Origin: the human T2T-CHM13v2.0 reference genome, Homo sapiens
Length of the DNA stretch: 64,000 nt
Assembly: GCF_009914755.1 (NCBI RefSeq)
Contig: NC_060947.1
Reading direction: 5' to 3' (one strand)
The notes below the pieces were generated by a model that did not search any database, had not been told where the DNA came from, and saw only the letters and a program-made list of their open reading frames with translations. A program made the translations under genes and the position numbers. Numbering within the stretch: the first letter of the stretch is position 1; each line of letters begins with the position of its first letter. Of this stretch, positions 1 through 11,573 are shown piece after piece.

Positions 1-365
1 AGAAAGGCTCGGGGGTGGACACAGCTGTGGCTTCTTATCCCAGCAGGCCTCCTTGACCCCAGATGATCCTGGTTCCTGGGCAGGGGGTGGGAGAGTGGGA
101 GGGGTTTGGAACAGGCAGGGAATGAGACTCAAGAAAGCCAGGGCCAGGATGCCCAGACAGTAGGGCTTGGGGAGCAGAGGGCCTCCTGGCTGGCTATGAC
201 TTGGAGCAAATGTGCTAGGACCTCTGGCCTTCTCTTGCCATTGCTAGATCACCAGAATGAGACATGTCTGCCTGCTGGGGTTGGGCAGCATGCACCTAGG
301 GCCCTGGTGTCAGCACCCTCCTAACCCCATTTCTTTGCCTGTTTCTTTCCCTTGTTCTGTTTTAG

Positions 366-437
366 AAGCCGAGGCCAAAAGAGCATGTGAGTGGCTTCAA
401 GCAACAGGATTCCCTCAGTATGTGCAGCTTTTTGAAG
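366..437 (+). CDS. STARD8: STARD8 (DLC3) coding exon, SAM domain part 1 (E-AEAKRACEWLQATGFPQYVQLFE)
   Basis: Polypyrimidine tract + TAG acceptor at 363-365 and GTAAGG donor at 438. The peptide matches the DLC-family SAM motif EAKxACxWLxAxGFPQY. 72 nt, phase 1-1. Confidence 0.93.
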
Positions 438-869
438 GTAAGGCCACTCAACTGTTTACCCTCCCATACTTCCCCTAGCCCTCAGTTTTTCATCTGTTAG
501 ATGGGGCAAGTCAGATTCTCTTTCCAACTACACACAAGCAGTGTCTCCTGGCCCTGCTCCGATTTTTTTCAGGGACTTTGCTCCTGCAGTTGCACCTTTC
601 TCTCCTGCATCATCTCTAAGGGATTGCTCTCACAACTGCCACAAGCTCTGCTGTTGCCCATGCCTTTAAAGTACCTTGTCTTGACCAGGGTCATCACGTG
701 GTACCAATCCTGAGGATGCCATGTAGGTACACACGGTGTGAAGAATGCCGCCTGGAGTTGTACACCCTGGTGGCCCAGGCTTGGCCTCACTTGCCCCACA
801 GTGATGGCCTCATTTCTCTGTTTTCCTTCATTTCTCTTTCGGGTTTTTCTAGAGTTCTTCGCACTTGCT

Positions 870-2180
870 GTTTCCCTTCCCCTTTTCTCCCCACACCCCT
901 ACTGCACCCTGGCTTCACCTCCACCTCGCCTGGTCAACTTGCCTGGTCAATTCACCAGTGACCTCCATGTGGTCACACTCAGTGGTCACTTCCCAGTCCT
1001 CATCTTGCTCCATCTCTCAGCAGCATTCGGTGCCACTGGCCACTCCTTCCTTCGGCTTCTGGAATGCCCCCCTTTCCTGGCTGCCTCTCTGGCTGGGTTC
1101 TGTCTCCTTAGCTGACTCTGCTTCCTCTAACTGATATCTAAAGTTTAGGATATCCCAGGGCTCTGTCCGGGGCCCTCTTCTCTCTCAACATTTCTTTCTC
1201 ATGAGATCTTTGTCTAAGTACTATCCATATTCTGATGACTTCCAAATGTCCAGACCTCATCCCCAAGCTCCAGATTCATATATTCACAGCTGCCAATTCA
1301 ATCTCTCTACTCAGATGTCTGATTGGTGTCTCGGATTAAACAGGTCTGAAACCAACTCATGATGGTACCACCATTTACCCACTTGCTCAAGCCCCATACC
1401 CAGGAGTCATCCTTAATTTAATTCCTCCTTGTTCCCATCTCCTATCTCTAACCCTTCAGCAAGACCTTTTTCCCTCCAGAACGTATCTTGAATCAATCCA
1501 CTGCTTACTACCTCCACTGCCACAGCCTGGTGTGACCCAGTGTCACAGCTCACCTGGGCTAGTGCAGCAGCTTCCTGTGCTCTTGCACTCTCATCTCTAC
1601 ACTGCAGCTGGAGGGCTCTTTTTGGCCATAGGTCTGACTGTCACTCCTGCTCCAAACCCTCCGATGGCCTCCCAGCACACTCAGAATGTAATACACACAG
1701 ACACTCTGCTCTGGCCTGTCAGACTGCATTCTCCAACTTCCATTGATTACTCTTACCTTTGTTCACAGGGCTCCTCTCTACACTTGCTCACACCAAGCTC
1801 TTTCCCTCTTCAGAGCCTTGATGCTGATGTTCCTCCTGCCTGGAACTCTCTCTGCAGTTTCCTTGCACAGCTGGCTGCTTCTCATCTTTCAGGACTCAGC
1901 TCGGATGTCACTGCTTTCAGAAAGCTCTCTGCTGACCACCTCTCTACAAGCAGCCTCCACCCCTACCAGCCTCCCTTTACACTATCATGCTGGCTGATGT
2001 CTTCCATGACTGCACCATCTTGGTTTTAAGTACTGTTGCTTATCTTTTTCCTTTAAGAGTGTAAACTCCAAGAAGGCAGGAACCGTTTTTGTTGTGTTCA
2101 CTGTTGTATGCTGTATGGTTTGCTCAAGTGTCTGGCACAAAGTAAATGCTCAATTGGATACTCATTAGTTGAATGAGTAA
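870..2180 (+). mobile_element. Degraded LINE-2 (3' portion) in a STARD8 intron
   Basis: L2-like CACCAGTGACCTCCATGT...CTCATCTT...CAGCAGCATT, and a 3' end resembling CTGGCACAxAGTA...GCTCAAT...GTTGAATGA. Boundaries approximate. Confidence 0.7.
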
Positions 2181-2745
2181 AGGAACAAATGGGCTTGCTT
2201 CACCAGTAAGGTAGAGAGCTGTGAGACTTCTCAGATTCTCTCTTCCATTCCCCCAACTCCTTTCTTTCCCCTCTCCCCTCCCTAAGTCCCAGGGAGTGTG
2301 CTCTGGGCCACAGGGGGATGCAAGGTATTGTTTGGCTACTGTGCTGTCCTGTCCCTTCTGTCCTTGCTCCCACCCTACTCCCCCAAGTTCACCTTGGGCC
2401 AAGGAGAAGTTTCCCTGCCTGAGCAGCCCAGGATTCAAAGGGGAATGGGGGAGCCCGTGTTGGGCTCTTGGCAGCCACCCGGGGTCTTGGGCCTGCTATC
2501 TCCCATGGACCTGCCTTACTGACTGACAGAGTTCTTTGGGTCCAGCTCAGCCCTCTAGGCCTCTCCCAGACCTTTCCCTGAACTCCCTGGGCACCCTCCT
2601 TTATTCCTGACTTTTTTTCCTTCTGCTTTGCCTCTTGTCTTCCTGCTCCCCCTCCTTCCTGGCCGTTCCCTTCCAGCCCAAGGGCTGCTGAGGCTGAGTT
2701 TGTGATATACCACTGCACTCATCTTTGCTTCTCTCTGCCATACAG

Positions 2746-2827
2746 AAGGTTCGTTTCCCCTGGATATTGGCTCTGTGAAGAAAAACCACGGTTTTCTGGA
2801 CGAGGACTCTTTGGGGGCCCTGTGTAG
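2746..2827 (+). CDS. STARD8: STARD8 coding exon, SAM domain part 2 (EGSFPLDIGSVKKNHGFLDEDSLGALCR)
   Basis: CAG acceptor 2743-2745 and GTAGGT donor at 2828. Joins both neighbours in frame. Not captured by the ORF track. Confidence 0.92.
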
Positions 2828-3819
2828 GTAGGTGGGCTGAGGGCCAGGCCTGGGAAGCCAAAGGCCTGGCTTGAAGCTTCCTCGTGGAAAAAAACATCCC
2901 TTGTACCCTCTAACAGAGGAGGAGCCCAGCTTACTAACAAAGCTCATCTTCTGTGGTCACATTGCTCATTCTGTTCTTTGTGTTTGTGATACCCTCAACC
3001 ACCCAGTCACTCTAGCTAGAAAGCCAAGATCTGGCCTTGTTTCTTTTCTCCTAAAGTTATAGCCCCCAAATATTCCTCTGCTTCAGTCCCTCTCTACTTA
3101 CACCAGCTTGGCCCTTGTTTGAGGCCAAACCATGGCTTCTCCTTGGATCGATCACAAGGCTTCAGCCTAACTGGCTTTAGTCTTGATAGCCCATCTCTCC
3201 CCTCCCCTCTCCCTCTTCCCTCACCCTACTCCCAGATCGATCTAGATCCACCAGCGTCGCATTGTAACAGCTCCAAATGGTTGTTCTTTCTGCTTAAAAT
3301 GTGTCACTGCCTAAGGATAAAAATGCAAAGACTTTTTAGCATACCACCCAAAGCCCTTTGCGAGCTGGCTCATTAGCCTTAGCCCCATTGGTCTCATGCC
3401 CACACTGGTCTGTTTGCTGACTGTATACCTACAGTGTCCTGTGTAAGCTTGGGTAAGAGTCCCTGTTTCTCTCACCTTCAAAATCCCATTTGCATCCTCC
3501 AGGAAGCCTTCTCTGACTGCATCCCTCCTTCATGGAAGTTGCTTGTCTCTCCCTGTGTTTGTCTGCTGTGCCTTCTGTCTGCTCTGTCTTTGAACACGCC
3601 CCATTTCTGTAGGGTTTATTTCCACTCTCTTTGTAAGCTCCTGGAGGGCAGAGGCCATAATCTTCCCAGCATTGTGTCTGGTTCTTAAACCTTCACGAAT
3701 ATTGGAGCTTGCGAGAAGTTTTGATGGCTTGGGCATGTGAAGTGGCAGGTGCATCTTGGTAGGCTCTGCCAGGCTTTGGGGATGGGGACCCTTGGTTGGA
3801 CACTTCCATTTTGTTACAG

Positions 3820-3883
3820 GAGGCTGATGACCTTGAATAATTGTGCCTCGATGAAACTGGAGGTTCATTTTCAAAGCAAGCAG
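3820..3883 (+). CDS. STARD8: STARD8 coding exon, end of SAM (RLMTLNNCASMKLEVHFQSKQ); in-frame ATG at 3827 is the likely start of the short SAM-less isoform
   Basis: TTACAG acceptor and GTGAGT donor at 3884. Peptide lies in ORF 3737..3928 and resembles DLC1 RRLNTLNKCA. Confidence 0.92.
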
Positions 3884-4663
3884 GTGAGTCATGGCAAAGC
3901 GTGGGTCTGTGGTCTTGTGGTGCCATAAGGAAACCCAGGGCATACGTAAACCATTTGTAAAACTAGCTCCAGTATCCCAGGAGTCTGAGATGTCCAGAGC
4001 AGTGCCTTTCCCCAGCTAGGGGTAGAGATGGAGGAGATCTAGGACCCCATTCTTTCCTGGGAACTTGCTTTCTTGCTTTTTTTTTTCTGGGGCTTTCTAT
4101 ACCAGAGGCCTGTAGTCAGGTGGGGCAGCCAAGTGACCAAAGCCCTGGGCTGTGAGACAGGAGGCCCATGGGGCCTGGTCTCAGCTCTACCACTGATTAC
4201 TGAGGGACCTCAGGGAAACCTCTTCCCTTCTGGGCCTCAGTTTCCCCATTTTGCAAAGAAGGAGATGAACTAGAAAATCTCCAATTCCGTCCAGCTCTGT
4301 TGTGATTCTAATCTAAGACTACAGCCTAGAGCTTGGGAAGGTCTGTCACTGACTTAATGTATATCATTGACCTTGGGCAAGTGGCTTCTGGTTTGTAGGT
4401 TTGTTTTCCTATCTGTAAAATTGGAAGGGGGGTTAGATTAATTAGTTGACCATTACCATTACCATACATCTGGGCTCTGTCTGTGACTGCTGGCTTCCTC
4501 TGGCACTCCCAGAGCTAGCTCTCCCCACCTAGGCCATGTTCTCAGCCAGAAAGCAGGGCCCTTCACCTCAGAGTCCCCCAAGAGTTTGGAAGCAGAGAGT
4601 GGAGTACAAGCAAGGACTTGTGGCCTGGGCTTCTCTGACCTGATCCTGCAGTGCCTTTCCCAG

Positions 4664-6081
4664 AATGAAGACTCAGAAGAGGAAGAGCAGTGTACCATCA
4701 GTAGCCACTGGGCCTTCCAGCAGGAAAGTAAGTGCTGGTCTCCTATGGGGTCCTCTGATCTGTTGGCCCCACCGAGCCCTGGCCTGCCAGCGACCTCAAG
4801 CTGTGAGAGCGTCCTCACCGAGCTTAGTGCCACCTCTCTGCCAGTCATCACCGTGAGCCTACCACCCGAGCCAGCAGACTTGCCCTTGCCAGGCCGTGCC
4901 CCCAGCTCGAGTGACCGGCCCCTCCTCAGCCCCACCCAGGGCCAGGAGGGTCCCCAGGACAAAGCCAAGAAGCGCCATCGTAACCGTAGCTTCCTCAAGC
5001 ACCTTGAATCTCTGAGGCGGAAGGAAAAGAGTGGCAGCCAGCAAGCAGAGCCCAAGCATAGTCCAGCCACCTCAGAGAAGGTCTCCAAAGCCTCATCTTT
5101 CCGCAGTTGTCGTGGCTTCCTCTCAGCTGGATTTTACAGGGCCAAGAACTGGGCCGCCACCTCAGCCGGTGGCAGTGGTGCCAATACTCGGAAGGCCTGG
5201 GAGGCCTGGCCTGTGGCCTCGTTCCGGCATCCTCAGTGGACACACCGGGGTGATTGCCTGGTGCACGTTCCTGGGGACCACAAACCAGGCACATTCCCTC
5301 GCTCCCTGTCCATTGAGAGCCTGTGTCCTGAGGATGGACACCGCCTGGCAGACTGGCAGCCAGGTAGGCGGTGGGGCTGTGAGGGGCGCCGGGGCTCCTG
5401 TGGCTCAACGGGCAGCCATGCCAGCACGTATGACAACTTGCCTGAGCTGTACCCAGCTGAGCCTGTAATGGTTGGGGCTGAGGCTGAAGATGAAGATGAT
5501 GAGGAGAGTGGGGGCAGCTATGCTCACCTAGACGACATCCTCCAGCACGTGTGGGGGCTACAGCAACGAGTAGAGCTGTGGTCTCGGGCCATGTACCCAG
5601 ACCTGGGGCCTGGAGATGAGGAAGAGGAGGAGGCCACTTCATCAGTAGAAATAGCCACAGTTGAGGTCAAATGCCAAGCTGAGGCTCTCAGCCAGATGGA
5701 GGTTCCGGCCCATGGAGAGTCCCCAGCCTGGGCCCAGGCTGAAGTCCAGCCAGCAGTCCTGGCTCCGGCTCAGGCTCCAGCTGAGGCTGAACCAGTGGCA
5801 CAGGAAGAGGCTGAGGCCCCGGCCCCAGCCCCGGCCCCGGCCCCAGCCCAGGACAGTGAGCAGGAGGCACATTCAGGCGGGGAACCCACCTTTGCCTCTA
5901 GCCTGTCTGTGGAAGAAGGACACTCCATTTCTGACACTGTGGCCTCCTCCAGCGAACTTGACAGTAGTGGGAACTCCATGAATGAGGCTGAGGCTGCGGG
6001 GCCCCTGGCTGGACTCCAGGCATCAATGCCCCGTGAACGGCGCGATTCAGGTGTTGGGGCCTCACTTACCAGACCCTGCAG
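4664..6081 (+). CDS. STARD8: STARD8 large (1418 nt) exon: Ser-rich linker / focal-adhesion targeting region
   Basis: ORF 4586..6085, CCCAG acceptor 4661-4663, GTGAGA donor at 6082. DLC-family motifs seen: polybasic KKRHRNRSFLK, PGDHKPGTFPRSLS, STYDNL (tensin-binding SIYDNV-like), LDDILQHV (LD motif), RERRDSGVGASLTRP. Confidence 0.96.
5815..5850 (+). repeat. Coding hexamer repeat (RGCCCC)x6 encoding APAPAPAPAPA
   Basis: GGCCCC GGCCCC AGCCCC GGCCCC GGCCCC AGCCCA read directly. Confidence 0.9.
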
Positions 6082-6676
6082 GTGAGAGTTTGGGTTGGGA
6101 TGGGGCGGACGCAGGGTCTCCTGTTCTCTCTCTGTCTCTGAAGCTGATTTCTCAGTCATGAGGCCCAGGGCTAAGTGCTTGGCGGCTGCGTTATCCCCTC
6201 ACAGCCAGCTCAGGAGAGAGAGTACAGGACTTGGGAATCCAGAAAGTTAGGTCCAGAACCTGCCTGTGCTGTGGCCTTGAGGAAATGATGCTCTCCTCTC
6301 TGGGCCTCAGTTTCCTCATCTGTAAAGTGAGGGAGGATGCTAGAGGAGATGGTCTCTGGTCCCCAGCTTTGCCCATTCAGGGTTTCTTGGAGCAGCCCCT
6401 CCACAGTAGTCTTGGGATGGGCAGGGGTCTTCACTGCTTATTGGCACTAGATGGGCCTGAGCTCTGTGCCACCCTCCCCAAGAACTTCTTGGCCCCTAAG
6501 AAGCTGAGTCCAAGCTTTTTCCACCCTGGGGCCTCAGCAGCAGCACTAGAAAGTGTTCCCAGCTCCCTGCATTTTTTCTTTGGGGAGAAAAAAGGGGACC
6601 ACAATAACACCTTTTCTAAGGTTTAGCCAAACCTGCTCCTCTGGGCTTCTCCACCCCTCTCACCGCCCCCCACCAG

Positions 6677-6850
6677 GAAGCTCCGTTGGCATAGCTTCCA
6701 GAACTCCCATCGTCCCAGCCTCAACTCAGAGTCGCTGGAGATCAACCGGCAGTTTGCAGGCCAGATCAACCTCCTGCACAAGGGCTCACTGCTGCGGCTT
6801 ACCGCGTTCATGGAGAAGTACACTGTGCCCCACAAGCAGGGCTGGGTCTG
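6677..6850 (+). CDS. STARD8: STARD8 coding exon (KLRWHSFQNSHRPSL...HKQGWVW)
   Basis: CACCAG acceptor and GTGAGT donor at 6851. Translates to the conserved LRWHSFQ and LLRLTAFMEKY motifs in frame with its neighbours. Confidence 0.94.
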
Positions 6851-7715
6851 GTGAGTGGCTCCTGGGCCATGGAGGGTGGGGAACTGCTGACTCAGGTCCA
6901 CGTCCCCAGGCAGGGTCAGCCCAGGAGGTGGGTGCAGGCAGGCAGGGCCCACAGGCCAGGGGAGCGGTGAGATATGCCAGGAGGCTGGAGGGGCTTGGTG
7001 AGGCTGGGTATGGGGCAGAGGACCTGAGGTCCTCCAGCTGTATCTTCTCCATCCCAATCTCTGTGCTGCAACTAGTGAGATTGTCCTAAAATGCAGCTGT
7101 GGTTGTCACTCTCCAGATAAACACTTTTCTCTGGCTCCCCATTGTCCAGATTCCCTCCCACCATGACTCCTTCCTGTTCTGGTCCCGCTCCATCCTTCTG
7201 GCTCTTTAGCCTACCGCTCCTAAGCAACCCCACCTTACAGACCAGTGGGACCAGTCATCCTTCCGTGAACGTGCTATGATCTTTTTCCTGCCTCTTTGCC
7301 TTTGTTTGTGCTGTGCTCTCTGCCTGGAATGCATTTTCCCCATTTCTCCTCTGGGACAATGCCTTCCTATCCCTCAAGAGCCTGCTGAGTTACCACGTCC
7401 TCTCCGAAGCCTTCCCTAACTCACTAGGTACAGTTCCCCTCCCTCAATGGGTCTTCCCCTAAGTTCTTGGCCTCCTACTGGCCACATGAGTTGTTACTGC
7501 CTATTGACACAGTTATCTCCTTGGCCAGACTGAGAGCTCTCTGTGTTCCTCTGTGACTCCCTGGGGCTGGGCCCAAAACAGGTGCTCAATGAGTGTTGAC
7601 TCTGGGGCAGTGGTGTGTGCCTTACCCCCCTCACCCCACCTGATCCTCTGAGACTGCAGGCAGAGTCTCCAAACTGTGTTCCCCCTATCTGATCACTTGT
7701 CATTCTCCCAAACAG

Positions 7716-7875
7716 GTCAATGCCCAAGTTCATGAGGAGGAACAAGACCCCAGATTACCGGGGACAGCACGTATTTGGGGTGCCACCCCTCATCCACGTG
7801 CAGCGCACGGGCCAGCCACTGCCACAGAGCATTCAGCAAGCCATGCGCTACTTGCGCAGCCAGTGCCTGGACCAA
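7716..7875 (+). CDS. STARD8: STARD8 coding exon, start of RhoGAP domain (SMPKFMRR...VFGVP...SQCLDQ)
   Basis: AACAG acceptor and GTGAGC donor at 7876. ORF 7720..7950 contains the VFGVP RhoGAP start. Confidence 0.95.
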
Positions 7876-8375
7876 GTGAGCCCTCGTGGGGCAGCCTGCC
7901 GGGAGATGGTGCAGGGGTGGGGTGGTGGTGGGCATTGGGCTGAAGGCTGAGGAGCTGGGGAGAGGAACTGCTCTGGCCTTCCCCCTCACTTGGGCTGGTC
8001 CACCAGAGGCCTTTGCTGTTCTCAGCAAGGACCAGCAAGGATGAAACTCCTTTCTACTCCTTATGCCCAGCTCTGTGCTACCTTCTTTCTGGCCCAGGCT
8101 CTGTAGTCCTTATCTTCTGGGAGCCTGAATTTGCCTAGATCCACCTTTTTCTACTCATCTCCACAAAAGCATCTTTTTTCTTTTGTCCTGAAGCTGTAAA
8201 AATCCTTCTCTTTGGTTTTCCCATTTGTCTCCTACCCTGCCCCTCAGGAGGCCTGATAAGCTTTGAAGTCTCTGGGGTGGCCTAGGCTCCTGACACCCAG
8301 TCTAGGGCTGGCCTCACAGTCTGCCTCCTACTCATGCATGTTTTCCTCACTCCCTCCCTCCCCTGCATGGAGTAG

Positions 8376-8574
8376 GTAGGCATCTTCCGCAAGTCTGGGG
8401 TCAAGTCCAGGATCCAGAACCTGCGTCAAATGAATGAGACCTCGCCTGACAATGTCTGCTACGAGGGCCAGTCAGCCTACGACGTGGCTGACCTGCTAAA
8501 GCAGTATTTCCGGGACCTGCCTGAGCCCATCTTCACCAGCAAGCTCACCACCACTTTCCTCCAGATCTACCAGC
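8376..8574 (+). CDS. STARD8: STARD8 RhoGAP exon with arginine finger (VGIFRKSG...DLLKQYFRDLPEP)
   Basis: TAG acceptor 8373-8375 and GTGAGT donor at 8575. Contains the RhoGAP motifs GIFRKSG and LKQYFRDLPEP. Confidence 0.95.
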
Positions 8575-8987
8575 GTGAGTCGCCCACTCCTATCCCCAAC
8601 AACCTGTCCCATTCTCAACCTCCCTGAATCCCAGAACTTGTGGAAGATAAACCTGGTGCAGGCAAATGTAGCTGGACCTGTGAGCTGATTGGAACAGTTA
8701 CTATCTGGAGTTGGAATGGCCCTTGCAGAGAGACCATTCTGCTTCCCCAAACCCATTATATGGAAAGGTAGACTGAGGCCCTGAGGGAAGAACTACATAA
8801 GGTTACACTGTATGTTAGTAATAAAGCTAGATCAAGCACCCAGAGACCTCACAGAACTGACATTTTCCCTTCCCTCTCACCGCTCCCCTTGGGACTGCTG
8901 TGCCTTTTGCCCCCTTGGAAACAGGAGGCTGGCTGCTAAGGCCTCTGGGGAAGTAAGGAAGGCTCTTCTTCCATTGCTTCCTCACAG

Positions 8988-9198
8988 TCCTCCCCAAGGA
9001 TCAGTGGTTGGCAGCAGCACAAGCCGCCACCTTGCTGCTCCCCGATGAGAACCGAGAGGTGCTACAGACCCTGCTCTACTTCTTAAGTGACATTGCCTCT
9101 GCCGAGGAAAACCAGATGACAGCAGGCAACCTGGCAGTGTGCCTGGCGCCCTCCATCTTCCACCTCAATGTCTCTAAGAAGGATAGCCCCTCTCCCAG
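8988..9198 (+). CDS. STARD8: STARD8 RhoGAP exon (LPKDQW...NQMTAGNLAVCLAPSIF...SPR)
   Basis: CACAG acceptor and GTGAAA donor at 9199. Contains the NxMxxxNLAVCLAP RhoGAP motif. Confidence 0.95.
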
Positions 9199-9498
9199 GT
9201 GAAATGGTGCACGGCATGTCAGGGCCGGGCTGGGTCCAGACAATTTGGGCCCCACTGGACTTTTGGCTTTTGATGGCTGGCACTGCTGTGTCTCAGCCTC
9301 ACCACAAGGAGTGAGCCTGACTCCTCAGGGGCCCTGGGCTGGTGGGATGCTGTGGAGCAGGGCCTTCCAAAAGGCAGCAGGTTGTTTTGTGGCCAGGTTT
9401 GGCAAAGTGGCTTCCTGGCAGCTAGAAGGCAGCCTGTCTGCCATCTTGTCTTGTGCTCTTGTGCCATCTCTCCTCTCACCACCTCCTGCTCCATCTAG

Positions 9499-9613
9499 GA
9501 TCAAGAGCAAACGCAGCCTCATTGGCAGGCCAGGCCCTAGGGACCTGAGTGACAACATGGCAGCCACCCAGGGCCTGTCGCACATGATCAGTGACTGCAA
9601 GAAACTTTTCCAG
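9499..9613 (+). CDS. STARD8: STARD8 exon, end of RhoGAP (IKSKRSL...DCKKLFQ)
   Basis: CTAG acceptor and GTGAGT donor at 9614. Corresponds to the end of ORF 9245..9634. Confidence 0.93.
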
Positions 9614-9873
9614 GTGAGTAACCCCAGGCCATGACACCTACTTACCAGACCTGGGGGAACCATCAGGCCTGACCTCGGTGCCCCAAGTCAGGGATAGGAC
9701 CCAATTTGACACATACCCCTCAAGCTTATACCCCCAACTCTTCCCCCACAATGTTTCTCATCTACCTTGCTGTGGTAGCTGCACCTCTCCACTGCCCTTA
9801 ACGTGAACCTGACAGACCCCATGGGGTCTCCTGCTCTCTGGAGCTGCAGCCCATTGTGTGTGTGCCCTCTCAG

Positions 9874-10098
9874 GTGCCCCAGGACATGGTGCTGCAGCTG
9901 TGCAGCTCCTACAGCGCAGCTGAGCTCAGCCCTCCCGGCCCAGCCCTGGCTGAGCTGCGTCAGGCCCAAGCTGCAGGGGTAAGCCTGAGCCTCTACATGG
10001 AAGAGAATATCCAGGACCTGCTGCGTGATGCTGCTGAGCGCTTCAAGGGCTGGATGAGCGTGCCAGGGCCCCAGCACACGGAGCTGGCTTGCAGGAAG
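9874..10098 (+). CDS. STARD8: STARD8 exon, linker and start of START domain (VPQDMV...FKGW...ELACRK)
   Basis: CTCAG acceptor and GTGAGT donor at 10099. Lies within ORF 9856..10452. Confidence 0.94.
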
Positions 10099-11077
10099 GT
10101 GAGTGCCACACCACGGGTGGCTGCTATGGGGCTGGGAGAGCATGGTGCAGGCAAGGGTAGTCAGAGAACCCAAAGGAAGGAGCCGGGGAGGAGCTGCCGC
10201 CTGAGTCTCGCTGTGCCTCGGCCTGGTCCTTGGAGAATGTCAGAGAGTCAAGAAAGTACCTTAAGGAATCAAGAACCAAATGAGACCAAGGGAACTCTCT
10301 CAGGAACCACCTGCCAGAATGACCTTCCAAAAGCCCCGTTCCAGATACGATGCTGCTTTGATAGCCTCAACTCCCATCTCTCCCTGCCCCGCAGTCCAGC
10401 TGAATCCTTGCATTTGCACCTTTGTGCGGTCCTGCTGCCTGGACTGCCCTGACCCCAAGCATTACGTCTCCCGAGTCACCTTTAGCGACAACGGAATGTG
10501 TTCCTCCTCCATTCAGAACCTTCTGTCATGCCCCAGGATGGAGGGGATTTCTCTCTGTTCCCCTCTGGGCACTGGTCATGCTCTTTCTTGGACGTGGATT
10601 CTGAGTAAGATTGCAAGCCTGAAGTGTCCTGTGTAAAAAAATGGTCATAACAAAACCTTCCATGTAGGATCAGGGTGAGTGTGAATGCCTGGTACATACT
10701 AAAGGTTCTGTAAGTGGCAGCTTTTGTTGTGCATGTGTTTTACTGCCTGTGCTAGATGGCAAGCTCCTTGACAATCACCATCTTCCTGCACCTCCAAGCA
10801 CTGTGCCCATCATGGTAGGGCCTGAGAGGCCTCTGAGAATGTGTGCCCCGTCATCTCTTTATGCTGTCTAACAGACTGAAAAGCAGACATCCAGAAAAGA
10901 GAGAGAGAGGGCAGGGAGCATGGGAGCACTGTCTCAGTCTGGCCAGCGCTAGCAGAGGAGCTCTGCAGCCTACCCTATTAAGCCTCAGGCCCTGCAGTTT
11001 GAGGCCTGGACTTAGGGCTGGAGTCAGAGTTCTCCAGCCCTGACAGCTGCCCCCATCCCCACTCCTGTGGCTCACAG

Positions 11078-11295
11078 GCACCGGATGGGCACCCCCTGCG
11101 GCTATGGAAGGCATCCACAGAGGTGGCAGCCCCCCCAGCTGTGGTGCTGCATCGTGTTCTCCGGGAGCGGGCCCTCTGGGATGAGGATCTGCTGCGGGCC
11201 CAGGTGCTGGAAGCCCTGATGCCGGGTGTGGAGCTGTACCACTATGTCACCGACAGCATGGCACCCCATCCCTGCCGCGACTTTGTGGTGCTTCG
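11078..11295 (+). CDS. STARD8: STARD8 START-domain exon (APDGHPLRLWK...PHPCRDFVVLR)
   Basis: CACAG acceptor and GTGAGG donor at 11296. Translated by hand; contains the START RDFV motif. Confidence 0.94.
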
Positions 11296-11396
11296 GTGAG
11301 GGGCTGCAGCTGCTACCCTTCTGTGCTTGGGGGGCCGGAGAAGTGGGGTGGAAACCAGCACTAGGAATCTGAGCCTACGTGTCCCTTCTCCAATAG

Positions 11397-11573
11397 GATG
11401 TGGCGCTCTGACCTGCCTCGTGGGGGTTGCCTGCTTGTCTCCCAGTCCCTGGATCCGGAACAACCTGTGCCAGAGTCGGGTGTGCGAGCCCTCATGCTCA
11501 CATCCCAGTACCTCATGGAGCCTTGCGGCTTGGGCCGCTCTCGGCTCACACACATCTGCCGGGCTGACCTCAG
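11397..11573 (+). CDS. STARD8: STARD8 START-domain exon (MWRSDLPRGGC...ICRADLR)
   Basis: AATAG acceptor and GTATCA donor at 11574. First part of ORF 11398..11874. Confidence 0.93.

Noticed and set aside
4586-4663. N-terminal part of the 499-aa track ORF (MEAESGVQ...)
   Set aside because: Starts at TTG in the intron. The real exon begins after the CAG at 4663.
4459-6159. Several 100-215 aa overlapping and antisense ORFs over the big exon
   Set aside because: Shadow ORFs of a GC-rich coding exon, with no domain-like content.
9199-9498. 300-nt (3n) intron as a retention candidate
   Set aside because: An in-frame TGA comes immediately after the donor.
10099-10452. Read-through of ORF 9856..10452 into the intron
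   Set aside because: There is a strong GTGAGT donor at 10099. Retention would give a premature stop, and I saw no nearby poly-A signal supporting an alternative last exon.
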